A stretch of DNA of 64,000 bases from Heterodontus francisci (taxonomy: Eukaryota), in NCBI RefSeq assembly GCF_036365525.1, contig NC_090374.1, positions 53,206,532-53,270,531 of the forward strand, written 5' to 3'. A model generated the notes under the pieces. That model was not told the DNA's origin. It did no database searches and worked only from the letters and a program-made list of their open reading frames with translations. A program made the translations under genes and the position numbers. Shown here in pieces: positions 12,620 through 25,245 of the stretch (positions are counted from its first letter, which is position 1; every line of letters starts with the position of its first letter).

Positions 12620-13600
12620 AGATGTGCTGGTTGCTTCCTCCCTTCTTCCAGATTCTCTTCTTCCTTATCCTCTTCCTCCTTCTCCTTCTGAGCTGCTCTC
12701 TGTATCTGTGGTGGCAAGGAATGCGCTCTCACAATGGCGAGGTTGTGAAGGATACAGCAGACCACCACAAATTGGAACACAATTTCAACAAGCACTGGAG
12801 ATCTCCTCCAGAGTGGTCCAGGCAGTGGAAACATTGCTTCATCATCCCAGTATTCAGCTCCCATGTTTCATGTGGCAACATGGCTCTCATTATATGCTGA
12901 CCATGTTTGGTTGGGTTGCAGAGCAGAGTCATGAGCCAGATGCCAGTTGGCCATTATCGCCCAGCAGCTAGCCTTTAGATTGAAGGATCAAATACAGGGA
13001 ACAGCAGGCTGGTGCAAAATGAAAGCAACATGACTGCTGCCAGAATAGTAGGCATTCACCAGCATGATGTGCTGAGTGTGGTCGCACACCAACTGCACAT
13101 TCAGAGAGTGGCAACATGTGCAGTTGCAGCACATCGCAGCATTGGGATGGGTGTCTACAAGGCCACGCATGTGCAGTCGATGGTGCCCTGCACCACTGGG
13201 AAACCCACTATCCTGGCAAAGCCAGGTGCACACTGTATGCTTTGCCCGATCAGACAGAACACAATGAACTCTCCTCTCTGGGCATAAACATCGTTTGTCA
13301 CCTTTCTGATGCAGAAGTGGATGGCACATGGGAAATCTTACTCATGATATCTACTCCAGCCTGGAAGAACCTTAAAGTGAAGAAAGTCTGGGCCACGGTC
13401 ACCATCGTAGCCAATGGCAGCACCATCCTTGCCCTGCTCTAAGGTTGCAGATCTGGTTGCAAGAGGTGGCAGAGTTCTGTGAGCACCTCCTTGTAAAATG
13501 CAGATGACGCACACAGTGCTCCCTTCTTAGATGATCCTGAGGTGGATAAGACCTCTTGCTGACAGCCCTTCTCCCAACCCCCCACCCCCACTCTTGCTCA
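12620..13600 (-). pseudogene. Harbinger transposase remnant
   Basis: HSLNVQLVCDH, VVVCCILHNLA, acidic tail, CLDHSGGDLQ. Confidence 0.85.
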
Positions 13601-14753
13601 CTTTGCAAGCAGCTTGTCTTCAGATACTCTCACCTTGGTGGCTCCTCATGCACAATTAGAGAGTATGTCACTGGGTGAGGAGCACAGCACTAATGGGCAG
13701 GAGATGCCAGAGGCAACTGTAGGCAGTCCCCTCGGAGGAGGGAGAACAGACCCAGCCCTGCTCAGTTGGCACGGATGTAGGGCCTCAGGAGTCACAAGAA
13801 GGAGACTCTACCTTGCACAGCTGCAGGAGATGTGGTCCCTGACAAGATGCAAGGTCATGGGAAGAGGTTGGAAGAGTCTATCCAGCTCATGTGTACAACA
13901 ATGGCTCAGGGTCTGAGTGCATGAGCTCCTCCATTGAGAAAGTGGCCAATCTTGTGGAGTGTCATATGCAGCAGCACTTGGGATATATGCAGGAAATGCA
14001 CATTGATGTCCACAGGATGCATGACTATGTAGCCTAAACCAGTCAGTGGCGCTGGTGGTGCAGAGATGTTTGGAATGGATGCCAGTTGTGCCCCAGCTGG
14101 TGCCCTCCTCCAGAAATCCAGTCCACCCGCCAAGGTCTGAAGAGGTCAGTGAGAAGGATGAGGGTGCCCCTCTTCATGGATGCTGTCATCATCCTCAGCC
14201 TCCTCTGATAGTGGCAGCCTCTGTGCAGCAGGACCAAGTAATGGACACTGCCCCTACAATGATGATGGTGCAGCAGCCCCTGGAGATGCCCACACGGGCA
14301 CCTCCACAATGAGTATGACTGCCAAATGTATTTCAACTGCAGGCAGTGGCAAGTGAGCTAACGCTATCAATTCCCAGACCACAACTGAAGCACTGTATAG
14401 ACCACCACTCGTGCGGAGCACTAAATGTGTCACTGGGATGTCTTCTGTCTCTGTGCGCTATTTCCCTAGCACTGTATAAATAAAGACACTTTAAGCCACA
14501 CGTCTGAGACTTCTTTTATTGTTGGCGCGACAACACAAGTGGTATGAGGTGCTGAAGGAGATGAAGAGTTCCTCCACAGTGAGGGCTAAGCCTCGGGGCA
14601 TCCTTCATTGCTGGTAAAACTTCAGATGCTTCAGGCTGCGTGTTGAATGGACGTGTTAGCATAGGTACCTCAGACTGACTTCCATAGCATGCACTTCATC
14701 CTGGGTCAGAGGGATTCAGCTGAAACATTCCTGAATCAGATGATCTCTGACAT

Positions 14754-15127
14754 TTAGATTAGATTAGATTAGATTAGATTAGATTAGAGATTCAGCACTG
14801 AAACAGGCCCTTCGGCCCTCCGAGTCTGTGACGAACATCAACCACCAATTTATACTAATCCTACACTAATTCCATATTCCTACCAAACATCCCCACCTGT
14901 CCCTATATTTCCCTACCACCTACCTATACTAGTGACAATTTATAATGGCCAATTTACCTATCAACCTGCAAGTCTTTTGGCTTGTGGGAGGAAACCGGAG
15001 CACCCGGAGAAAACCCACGCAGACACAGGGAGAACTTGCAAACTCCACACAGGCAGTACCTGGAATCGAACCCGGGTCCCTGGAGCTGTGAGGCTGCGGT
15101 GCTAACCACTGCGCCACTGTGCCGCCC
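14754..15127 (-). mobile_element. HE1-like tRNA-derived V-SINE with (aatct)n tail
   Basis: A/B-box head, V-domain gtgtggagtttgca...ccggtttcctccca, CR1-like tail gggccgaagggcctgtttc. Confidence 0.9.
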
Positions 15128-15258
15128 TGGCATCCTGACAAGATCTGAGTGCCCCATGCCATGCCTAGCCACATCCTTGAGCAGCAGGGGCACCTCTCTA
15201 TTCAGCATCATCTCCCTCCACCTCCAATTCCTCCTCCTCACTTACCTCATGCTCCTCA

Positions 15259-15816
15259 TGAAACAAACTAAAATAAAAGAAAAAGAAATAAAGAAAAAAT
15301 AACTGAAAATAAAAAGGGACTGAACATTGAGTTCAATAATTTTAGAGCATGACGGACCCCCTTCTTATTTTCAGTTATTTTTTTCTTTTTGTTTTATTTT
15401 AGTTTGTTTCATCATTCATTTTTCTTATCATCTTCCTGCCCACTGTTTTTTTTCAAGTTTGTGCTTTGGGTCAGAGCTGTTAATTTTTTTTGTCCATTAA
15501 CACCCTCTCTGCACTTAAGCTTTGTCTTTCAACACACTATTAACATACCGTTTGCTTTTGCTCCATGACCTTCTGGTCAGTTATTCTCTGTGACCCTGTC
15601 TTATTAACACCTTGCCTTTTGTTATCTCTTGCCCCACCCCTGCTTTATTTGCTTAAAACCTATTACATTTCTAACCTTTGCCAGTTCTGATGAAGGGTCA
15701 CTGACCTGAAATGTTAACTCTGCTTCTCTCTCCACAGATGCTGCCAGACCTGCTGAGTATTTCCAGCATTTCTTGTTTTTATTTCAGATTTCCAGCATCT
15801 GCAGTATTTTGCTTTT
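15259..15816 (+). mobile_element. Penelope-like element 3' end (GIY-YIG tail, UTR, hammerhead) with inverted 5' piece
   Basis: GLNIEFNNFRA*; CTGATGA-agggtcactgacct-GAAA near 15686; 15259-15317 is the inverse of 15358-15412. Confidence 0.75.
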
Positions 15817-17692
15817 ATCTATACAATTGAAGCAAGACTTCACGACTCCCGTACTCAAATCCTCTTGCGAAGAAGGCTAACATACCATTACCCTTCCTAA
15901 TTGCTTGCTGCACCTGCATATTAGCTTTCAGTGACATAGTGACAAGGACACCCAGGTTGCTTTGTACATCTACACTTTCTAATCTCTTACCATTTAAGAA
16001 ATACTCTGCACATCTGTGCCTCCTACCAAAGTAGATAACCTCACATTTTTCCACATTATATTCTATCTGCCACGTTTCTGCCCACTCACTAAGTCTGTCC
16101 AAATCCCCTTGAAGCCACTTTGTATCCTCCTCACAACACACACTCCCACCTAGTTTTGTCTCATCCGCTAACTTGGAAATACTACATTTGGTCCCCACAT
16201 CCAAATCATTGATATATATTGTGAAGAGCTGGGGCCCAAGCACTGATCCCTGTGGTGCCCCACTAGTCACAGCCTGCCAACGCAAGAATGACCCATTTAT
16301 TCCTACTCTCTGCCTGTTAACCAATCCTGAATCCATGCCAGTGTATTGCCTTCTATCCCATGTGCTTTAATTTTTCTAACCAATCTCCTATGGGGGACAT
16401 CAAAAGCCTTCTGAAAATCCAAGTATACCACGTCCACTGACTCCCCTTTATCAATTCTGTTTGTAACATCCTCAAAAAACTCCAACAGGTTCGTCAAACA
16501 TGATTTCCCATTCATAAATCCATGTTGACTATGCTGAATCTGATCATTATTATCCAAGTAAAAACAAGAAATGCTGGAACCACTCAGCAGGTCTGGCAGC
16601 ATCTGTGAAAAGAGAAGCAGAGTTAACGTTTCGGGTCAGTGACCCTTCTTCGGAACTGACCCGAAACGTTAACTCTGCTTCTCTTTTCACAGATGCTGCC
16701 AGACCTGATGAGTGGTTCCAGAATTTCTTGTTTTTATTTCAGATTTCCAGCATCTGCAGTATTTTGTCTTTATATTATTATCCAAGTGTCCATTTATCAC
16801 ATCCTTTAGAATAGATTCTAGCATTTTCCCAATCGCTGATGTAAGTCTAACAGGTTTGTAATTCCCTGTTTTATCTCTCCCTCCTTTCTTGAATAGTGAG
16901 GTGACATTTGCGACCTTCCAATCTGCAGGAAACGCTCCAGAATCTATAGAATTTTGGAAGATGATCATCAATGCATCCACTATCTCCACAGCTATCTCTT
17001 TCAACACTCTTGGATATCAGGTGTGGGGACTTATCAACCTCCAGCCCCATTAATTTCTCCAATACAACCTTCTTACTAATACTAATTTCCTTCAATTCCT
17101 CATTCCCCCTAATCCCTTGGATCTCTAATTCTGGGAGATTTCGTGTATCTTCTTGAGTGAAGACAGACACAAAGTAATCATTTAGCTTCTCTGCCATTTC
17201 TCTATTCGCCATTATAAATTCTCCTGACTCTGCCTGTAATGGACCCACATTTGTCTTAGCCAAACGTATCCTTTTTACATATCCGTAAGACGTTTTTACA
17301 GTCCTTTTTTATATTTTTTGCTAGCTTACACATTCATATTCTATTCTCCCTTTCTTTATCAGTTTCTTGGTCCTCCTTTGCTGTGTTCTAAAATCCTCCC
17401 AATCCTCAGGTTTACTACTAGTTTTGGCAACTTTATAGGCCTTTTCTTTTAATCTTATACAATCCTTAACTTCCTTTATTAACCACAGTTGACTGCCTTT
17501 ACTTTTGGGGGTTTTGTGCCTTGAAGGAATGCACAGTTGCTGTAAAGTATGTGATATTTCTTTGAAGACTATCCATTGCCTATGTACTGTCAGACCTTTT
17601 AATGAATTTTCCCGATCCACCTCAGTCAATTTGTGCCTCATACCTTCAGAATTTCCTTTGTTCAAATTTAACACCCTGGCTTCAGATTGAAC
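15817..17692 (-). mobile_element. CR1 (HER1-like) LINE fragment
   Basis: MAKTNVGPL, DWKVANVTSLFKKG, YLDFQKAFD, GAPQGSVLGP. Confidence 0.92.
16560..16773. mobile_element. Penelope-derived inverted (palindromic) pLTR insertion inside CR1
   Basis: ~80-bp inverted arms; 14-bp TSD attattatccaagt (16546-16559, 16774-16787). Confidence 0.85.
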
Positions 17693-18228
17693 AGGCAACT
17701 GCCTGAAAAGCGAGTACACACATGGAGGAAGTTTACCGATTAGGCATACTACAGCCTGCCGGACTGAACATTGAGTTCAATAATTTCAGAGCATGACGGG
17801 CCCCCCATCTTACTTTTATTTTTAGTTATTTTTTTCTTATTTACATTTTTTTTGTATGTTTATTTCATTTCATCTTAGTTTGTTCAGTTTGCTGACCCAC
17901 TGTTTTTTTTCATGTTTGTACTTGCTACTGTTCAATCTTCAGTCCGTTAACACCCTCTCTGTACTAATGCTTTGTCTTTCAAAACACCATTAACATATTG
18001 TTTGCCTTTGCTCCATGACCTTTTGGTCAGCTATTCTGTGGCCTTGTCCACTAAACCTTCTCCTTTGTTATCTCTTGCCCCACCCCTGCTTTACTTGCTT
18101 ATAACCTTTGACATTTCTAATATTTTCCATTTCCAAAGAAGGGTCACTGACCTGAAACGTTAACTCTGCTTCTCTCTCCACAAATGCTGCCAGACCTGCT
18201 GAGTATTTCCAGCATTTCTTGTTTTTAT
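17693..18228 (+). mobile_element. Penelope-like element 3' end
   Basis: RLGILQPAGLNIEFNNFRA*, same UTR and degenerate hammerhead as 15320-15816. Confidence 0.75.
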
Positions 18229-19614
18229 TATTGGTGGAAGCTCTTGTTGTGGTCACAGACCAGCTGAATATTGAGTGATTGAAAACCCTTCTTGTTGATG
18301 AAGCTGACTGGCTGGTCAATGGTTGCCTTGATAGCCTCAAGGATACAATTGATGATGTCCTGCACCAGGGGGAATCCAGGATGGCAGTGAAACCCATTGC
18401 CCTCTATTCCTGTGAGGCCTCACCATCATGAAATGAATGTATAGGCTAGATCTGACATATAGGGCATCAGTGACCTGCGAGATGCAGTGCTGTGCAGCCA
18501 TCTGCAAGTTGCCACCAAAGTCCATAACTGATCCTTGGAAGGAGCCGGAAGTGAAGAAGTCCAAGACCACAGTGACTTTGACAGCTACTGTCAGGGCAAG
18601 GTGACCACTGCTGCGAGGTGCAAGGTCTTCAGCGACGAGAACACAAATGTCTGTTACCGTCTGCCTGGAGAGACGCAGTCTCCCGGAGTCTCGGTCATCT
18701 CCAGGTAGCTCCGTCTTCGACAGTAGATCCAACAAGGAGGGCTTTCCCTCTGTATCCTTCCTGCCCTTCTTCCTCGCCACTGCCCTCCTGATGCCCACAA
18801 CTCTGCCCTGCTTGCAGCAGGTGCTGCTCCTCATCGCCGCTGGACCCAAAGTCTGAGAGCCCTCCCCCCATTGCCAGCTGCTGCCTTCCTTGTGGTCAGC
18901 TGGTTGCCCAATTGCCCATGGCACCTTCTACCCCCACGATGGCAGGAGGGCGACAATCCCCTGCATGGCCTAAGCTCTTGCTGCCCACTCTCCCTGGCAC
19001 CTGTGCAGTGCCTACAGCACATGTTTGTCAATGGCCGTGTCCCCCTCTGCACCATTTAAACTTTTATGGGTTTTGGGTCATTCCCTGGGACAGCCATGTC
19101 TAAAACCCCACTCTGTACCTGCCTCCCTTTACCGGGTCTGCCCCAGACAGCGCGTGTCGCCCATGCGCCCCTGTGAAACTCTCCCTGTTAACAAGCTCTT
19201 AATGAGCTCTCTAAACACCTTATTTGGCCTTAAATCAGGGGGTGGAGGGGTGAAATCAGGCAGGATCAGAATCCCGCCCTCCCCTGCCCTAGTGAACATA
19301 GTCGGCACCAGGAACGACATCGGGTAACCAGCACATCAGCCTGCACTGGTATTTTTATGCCCCGTCCGTCTCCGTTCTTTAAGCCACACATTTGAGACTC
19401 CTTTTATTGTTGGCGCGACAACACAAGTGGTATGAGGTGCTGAAGGAGATGAAGAGTTCCTCCACGGTGAGAGCTCAGCCTCGGGCATCCTTCATTGGCA
19501 GTAAGACTTTAGATGTTTCAGGCTGCATCCTGATTGGTTCACACACGTAACAGTCAAACATCCTCATGATGGCACTCAGCATTCACCAGCTTAGCAATGC
19601 ATCATAAAATTCTA

Positions 19615-19735
19615 TTTCACATTCCTACATTACAACAGTGACTACACTTCAAAAGTACTTTTTTGGCTGCATAGCTTTGGGACATCCATGAAAGGTACTA
19701 TAAGAATACGAGTCTTTCTTTTCTTTTTCTTTTCT
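19615..19735 (+). repeat. L2-type 3' tail (L2 or Deu-SINE fragment)
   Basis: cctacattacaacagtgactacacttcaaaagtac...(tttc)n; same tail at 59185-59300. Confidence 0.55.
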
Positions 19736-21450
19736 GTGGAAGGAATAAGCTCATTTGCATCAGGCCGAAATTCTACTGCAAGTGAGAGAATTTTAAATTT
19801 TTGGACTAAATACCACAAGAACAGATGTTAAGATCACCACACAAGTCTTTGAATATGTTAATTCCACTTATAAGGAAACTTATGTAACTCAGTTGTGACC
19901 AGTCATGATTTATTGATTCCCAATACTGGTAGAATAAACATGGCATTCAACAACTTCCTATGCAGTAGGCAAAAATAGAAATTGCTGTTGCCTGAACTAA
20001 TATAGAACAATTAATGCAATCAATCAATCAGTGAGCATTTCACTGTCTGCGATTTTAATGAAAGCATTAACCTGTTTGTTCTTCACTACTAAGCTTAAAT
20101 TCCCATATGTGAATTTCTTAGATGTACAAAAAACTCAGTGGAAGTGAAATTGGTCCATGGCAAAAACCCGAAACAGTGACAGCACATTGGCTGCACACTT
20201 TACACCCCAAGCCATTTTGATTTCTACTCAAGTCATTTGGCCTTAAGGGGAGTCAATTTTCACATCTTTCATCTGGTGTTAACAGGGTGTAAAGACTTCA
20301 AAATGCGGTCGGTAATCTTACCACCCGATTAACACTGAAAACGAACACAAGAACACAAGAAATAGAATCAGAAGTAGACCATATGGCCCATTGAGCCTGT
20401 TCCACCATTCAAAACGATTGTGGCTGATCTTAGGCCCAATTCCACCTTCCCACCCACCCGCCATATCCCTTGATTGCCTGAGAGATCAAAAATCTAACTA
20501 TCCCAGCCTTAAATGTATTCAACGATAGAGCATCCACAACTCTCTGGGGTACAGAATTCCAAAGATTCATAACCCTTTGAGTAAAGCAATTTCTCCTCAT
20601 CTCAGTCCTAAATGATTGGCCCCTTATCCCGAGACTGTGCCCGACCAGCGGAAACAATCTCTCAGTGTCAACCCTATCTAGCCCCTTCAGAATCTTACAT
20701 GTTTCAATGAGATCACCTTTCATTCTTCTAAGCTACAGAGAATATAAGCCTACTTTACTCAGCCTCCCATCATAGGACAACCCCCTTATCCCAGGGACCA
20801 ATTTAGTGAAACTTCACTGTAGCGCCTCCAATGCAACTATATCCTTTCTTAAATGTGGAGACCAAAACTGCACCCAGTACTCCAGATGTTATCTCATCAA
20901 AACCCTGTACAATTGTAGCAAGATTTCCTTATTTCTGTACTCCAACCCCTTGCAATAAAGGCCAACATGCCATTTGCCTTCCTAATTGCTTGCTGTACCC
21001 GCATGTTAACTTTCTGCGTTCCGTGTACAAGCACCCCAAGTCTCTTTGAACATCAAAACTTACAAGTTTCACACCTTTTAAAAATATTCTGCTTTTCTAT
21101 TCTTACGACCAGTGAATAACTTCACACTTCCATACATTATACTCCATCTGCCAAGTTGTTGCCCACTCACTTAACCTGTCTACATCTTTTTGCAGCCTCT
21201 CTAGATCCTCCTCACAGCATACTTTCCACTTACCTTTCTATCATCAGAAAACTTAAATACATTACTCTTTCTCTTCATCTGTCATGAATATAGATTGTAA
21301 ATAGCTGAGGCTCCAGCACTGATCCCTGAGGCACTCCACTATTTACTGCCTGCCAACATGAAAATGCCCATTTATGCCGACTCTGTATTCTGTCTGTTAA
21401 TCAATCATCTATCCATGCTAATATATTACCCCCAACTTCATGAACCCTTA

Positions 21451-21601
21451 ATAATAATAATAAAAGCAAAATACTACAGATGCCGGAAATCTGAAATAAA
21501 AACAAGAAATGCTGGAAATACTCAGCAGGTCTGGCAGCATCTGTGGAGAGAGAAGCAGAGTTAACATTTCAGGTCAGTGACCCTTCTTCAGAACTGGCAA
21601 A
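21451..21601 (-). mobile_element. Penelope-derived hammerhead repeat with (tta)n tail
   Basis: TSD gaaccctta (21442-21450, 21602-21610); CTGAAGA...GAAA core on -. Confidence 0.8.
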
Positions 21602-21868
21602 GAACCCTTATCTTGCCTATTAACCTTTTCTGTGGCATCTTATCAAATGCCTTTTGGAAATTCAGGTATACTACATCTACTGGTTCCCCTTTATCTACCC
21701 TACTAGCTAAATCCTCAAAAAACTCTAATAAATTTGTCAAACAAGATTTCCCTTAAGTAAAACCATCTGACTTGTTCTAATCATACTGTGCTTTTCGAAG
21801 TGCATTGTTAAGACTTCTTTAATAATAGATTACAGCATTTTCCCAATAACCAATGTTAGGCTAACTGG

Positions 21869-24800
21869 CTTTTGGGGAACCCTTCAGCAAAGTGCTGGTA
21901 GATTGTGGGGGACCCCTTCCATAAACAAAAGGGGGCTACCAGTATCTTCTCACCATTATGGATGTGGCTACCCGATTCCCAGAAAACATTCCCCTAAGAA
22001 CTATCTCTGCCAAGGTAGTGGTGGAGGAGCTAACCCAATTCTTTACCAGATATGGGCTGCCTGCTGAGATCCAGTTGGATCAGGGCACGAATTTTATGTC
22101 TGGGATCTTTCAAAAGGTCATGGGTAATCTGGACATACCCCTACTAAAGTTCTCAGCCTACCACCCACAGTCACAAGGGGCTTTGGAATGGTATCACCAG
22201 ACCCTAAAGACAATGATCAGGGCCTATTGTTAGGAGTACCCCCATGACTGGGACAAAGGGCTGGGACTTCTCCTGTTTGCCACCAGGGACTCACCCAATG
22301 AGTCCACTGGCTTTAGTCCCTTTGAATTTATTTATGGACATGAGGTGACTGGTCCTCTTAAACTAATCAAGGAGACGTTTTGGGACACAGTGATGAGTCT
22401 TCCATGTTAGACTGCATTTCCATGTTCCAGGAGCAGCTCAGGAAAGCCTATGAAGTGGCTCAGGAGCAGCTAAAGACCTCCCAGACAGCTATGAAAAGGC
22501 AGGCAGACAAACATGCCAAGGCCAGAACATTTCAGCCAGGAGACCATGCATTAGTATTACTCCCAATTCAGCGTGAACCCCTGAAAGCCCAGTTCAGTGG
22601 CCCATACCGAGTAGCAAAAAAGATGAGCCAGGTAAATGATTTAATTGATACCCCAGACCGAGGAAAAAACAATGGCTGTGCCACATTAACATATTGAAAC
22701 GGTATTACAGCCGGGAAGGGGCAGACAAGCACAGGTCGGTCAGACAGTCAGGAAGGGGATGAAAAGGACAGTGAAAATGAGTTAGAGGAAGGTCTGGGGA
22801 TTCCCAGACTGCCTGGTCAGCCAACGCCGAAGTGCTGGGTAACTTAAACATCACATTCTCCTATTTAAATGCAGAACAAAGAGAAGCCCCAACAAGGCTG
22901 CTAGCAGCCTCTACAGAAATCTGCAGGGACAAGGAAAGTTCCCAAAAGGGCAAGCCAAAAGTGAGGGAGGTGCCTCACCTAGTTAAAGTGCAGCCAGGAG
23001 TGCAGTGAAAGCTAGACAGACACCTGCGAGCAGTAATATCCCAGAGGGCGTGGGGCAGATTAGAGAACAGACCTTCACAACAGTAAAGCAAAAAGGGAAG
23101 GAAAACTGCTCTAAAATAAACAGCACTTGTGTAACTCACCTGAAAACTAAAAGTGAGGGCAGTGTGGATCTACCCACTGATGAACCCAATGATCAGGTCC
23201 CAAATCCAAAGCTACTCAAGCCCAAAAATTTCAATCCAGAACTCAGCAAGAACAAGGTACTTGAGGAAATCTCAGACACCTCACATGGGCTAAAAAAAAC
23301 TATTTATCACCCACTTTCACTACAGAGAGAAGAAATATCAAAATGCTGGAACCTGAATGGTTAAAGCCACATGTTGCAGAAACAGCAGTTGAAGGGTTAA
23401 AGCTTGTACATACAGGAGGATTTGCCACAAGCAATAGTGGAAATTTGCATACCCCAAGCTTCACCAACAGATGCACATTCCCAGAATATTACAAATTGAT
23501 GCTAGAGAAACTCTAACCCCATTTGATAACACATAACCCAAAAGAAATGCAATTTCATAATGGTACCTCACCCTAAAGGAAGAGTGATGACAAAACACCA
23601 AAACATTAAACCAGAATAGCTGATGCAGACAATGCCAGCTGAAGCAATTCTAAGATTGATGTGTGAATTTGAGAATGAATGTATGTATTTTTTTTTAAAC
23701 AACCTTGTAATGAAATGTTCCTATCGTCACATTGCATTCCGTGTGGTGGGGAGGTGTCAAGAAAACATGCTATGCCAAATGAGGAATTTTAGTTCATCGG
23801 TTGGAAACTCACATTAAACTTTAAAAAAAAGAAAAGCTGGAATATTACAGACAAGTTTTACAAAGACTTTGCCACAGCTAAAAATGGCTGCCACTATTTG
23901 CATTTGAAAACCTTGCACATTTCAAGGCATCACATGTCCGATTAGCCTGTACCCAAAACGATGACTTCCCCTATAGATTGAGCGAGCTGAGATTGCTTTC
24001 ATTCGCAAGACATTCAAAGCCATCCTGGGACATTAACATTGAAAGGGCAAAGCCCTCTAAGGGAACACATTAATGCCATGAGGCTTGAGAGATGGAAATT
24101 CCTAAACTTGAATCTCATTAGAAGGTACCAATAACTACACAGTCATGCGACCTCTGTGAAAACAGGGAGGTTCCCTTAGTGGCGCAGTAGTTAGCACTGC
24201 AGCCTCACAGCTCCAGTGACTCGGGTTCAGTTCTGGGTACTGTCTGTGTGGAGTTTGCAAGTTCTCCCTGTGACCACGTGGGTTTCCGCCGGGTGCTCCG
24301 GTTTCCTCCCACAGCCAAAGACTTGCAGGTTGATAGGTAAATTGGCCATTGTAAATTGCCCCTAGTGTAGGGAGGTGGGGATATGGTAGGGAATATGGGA
24401 TTAATGTAGGATTAGTATAAATGGGTGGTTGATGGTCGGCACAGACTCGGTGGGCCGAACGGCCTGTTTCAGTGCTGTATCTCTCTGACTCTGACAAGCC
24501 AGAAACTCAATCTATGTGGAAGCCAGAAGGGCTCTCTCTTTCTCTCTCCAGAAGGCCTGGTTGGCAAGTGCGAAGCTGAGCTGCCAGCTGCTAGATCCAA
24601 GCCTCCAAGCCAAAGACACTGAGAAGGAAGCCCTCTGCTCAACTGTCTCCAAGAATAACCATCAACGCAGAACTTCAGGACCACAAATTCAACTGGAAGA
24701 CCGCTAAAGCTACAACACCACAGTCTGTGGCTTCTTCTTATTTGTTATGGACTCAAATCCAACACAAATCTATTCCTCATCACACTGTAATCTACTTGTG

Positions 24801-25071
24801 TGTGTGTGTGTGCGTGAAAGTGTAGCGTGATTTTATTTTTATTTAGATTTGCTTTAGACTTTTAAGTACAACGAACTCACCTCTTTCTTATTTAAACTCA
24901 AGAAAACTTGTCTGATTGGTTCTTTTATGATCACAACAAAGGTAAAAGGTAAAACACTCACTGAAGTGGTAAGCACATGCATTGTTTAAAAAGGAATAAA
25001 CTCTGTTGTGGTCAAACAAGAGGAAGGACAAGAGCGGAGCCTTGCGACCCCCTCCTCACCTGATTGTAACA
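21869..25071 (+). mobile_element. Gypsy Gmr1-like LTR retrotransposon remnant: integrase, start of RT linker, PPT, 3' LTR (23755-25071)
   Basis: DVATRFPE...DQGTNFMS...YHPQSQGALE, FSPFE, GPY motif; then LNAEQRE...LL...ICRD; PPT gtggtggggagg; TG...CA LTR; ctgg on both flanks. Confidence 0.85.
24178..24490 (+). mobile_element. HE1-like V-SINE inserted in the LTR
   Basis: Same head, V-domain and tail as 14754-15127. Confidence 0.9.
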
Positions 25072-25245
25072 CTGGCCTGTAGTTCCCTATTTTCTCTCTC
25101 CCTCCTTTGTTGAAAAGCGGTATAGCATTTGCCAACTTCCAATCTGATAGGACCATTCCCAAATCTAAGAAATTTTGGAAAATTGTATCTAGCACATCCA
25201 CCATCTCGGCAGTTATCTCTTTTAGAACCCTAGAGTACAGGCCAA

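Larger units (their letters stand above)
13615..19375. mobile_element. Another Harbinger element, heavily interrupted (Myb C-terminus + 13615-14400; transposase - at 15130-15255 and 18230-18900)
   Basis: LRLSRQTVTDIC, VAVKVTVVLDFFTSGSFQ, GFQSLNIQLVCDH; subterminal sequence ~19100-19375. Confidence 0.65.

Noticed and set aside
14754-15127. tRNA gene
   Set aside because: The tRNA-like part is the head of a SINE present five times in the window.
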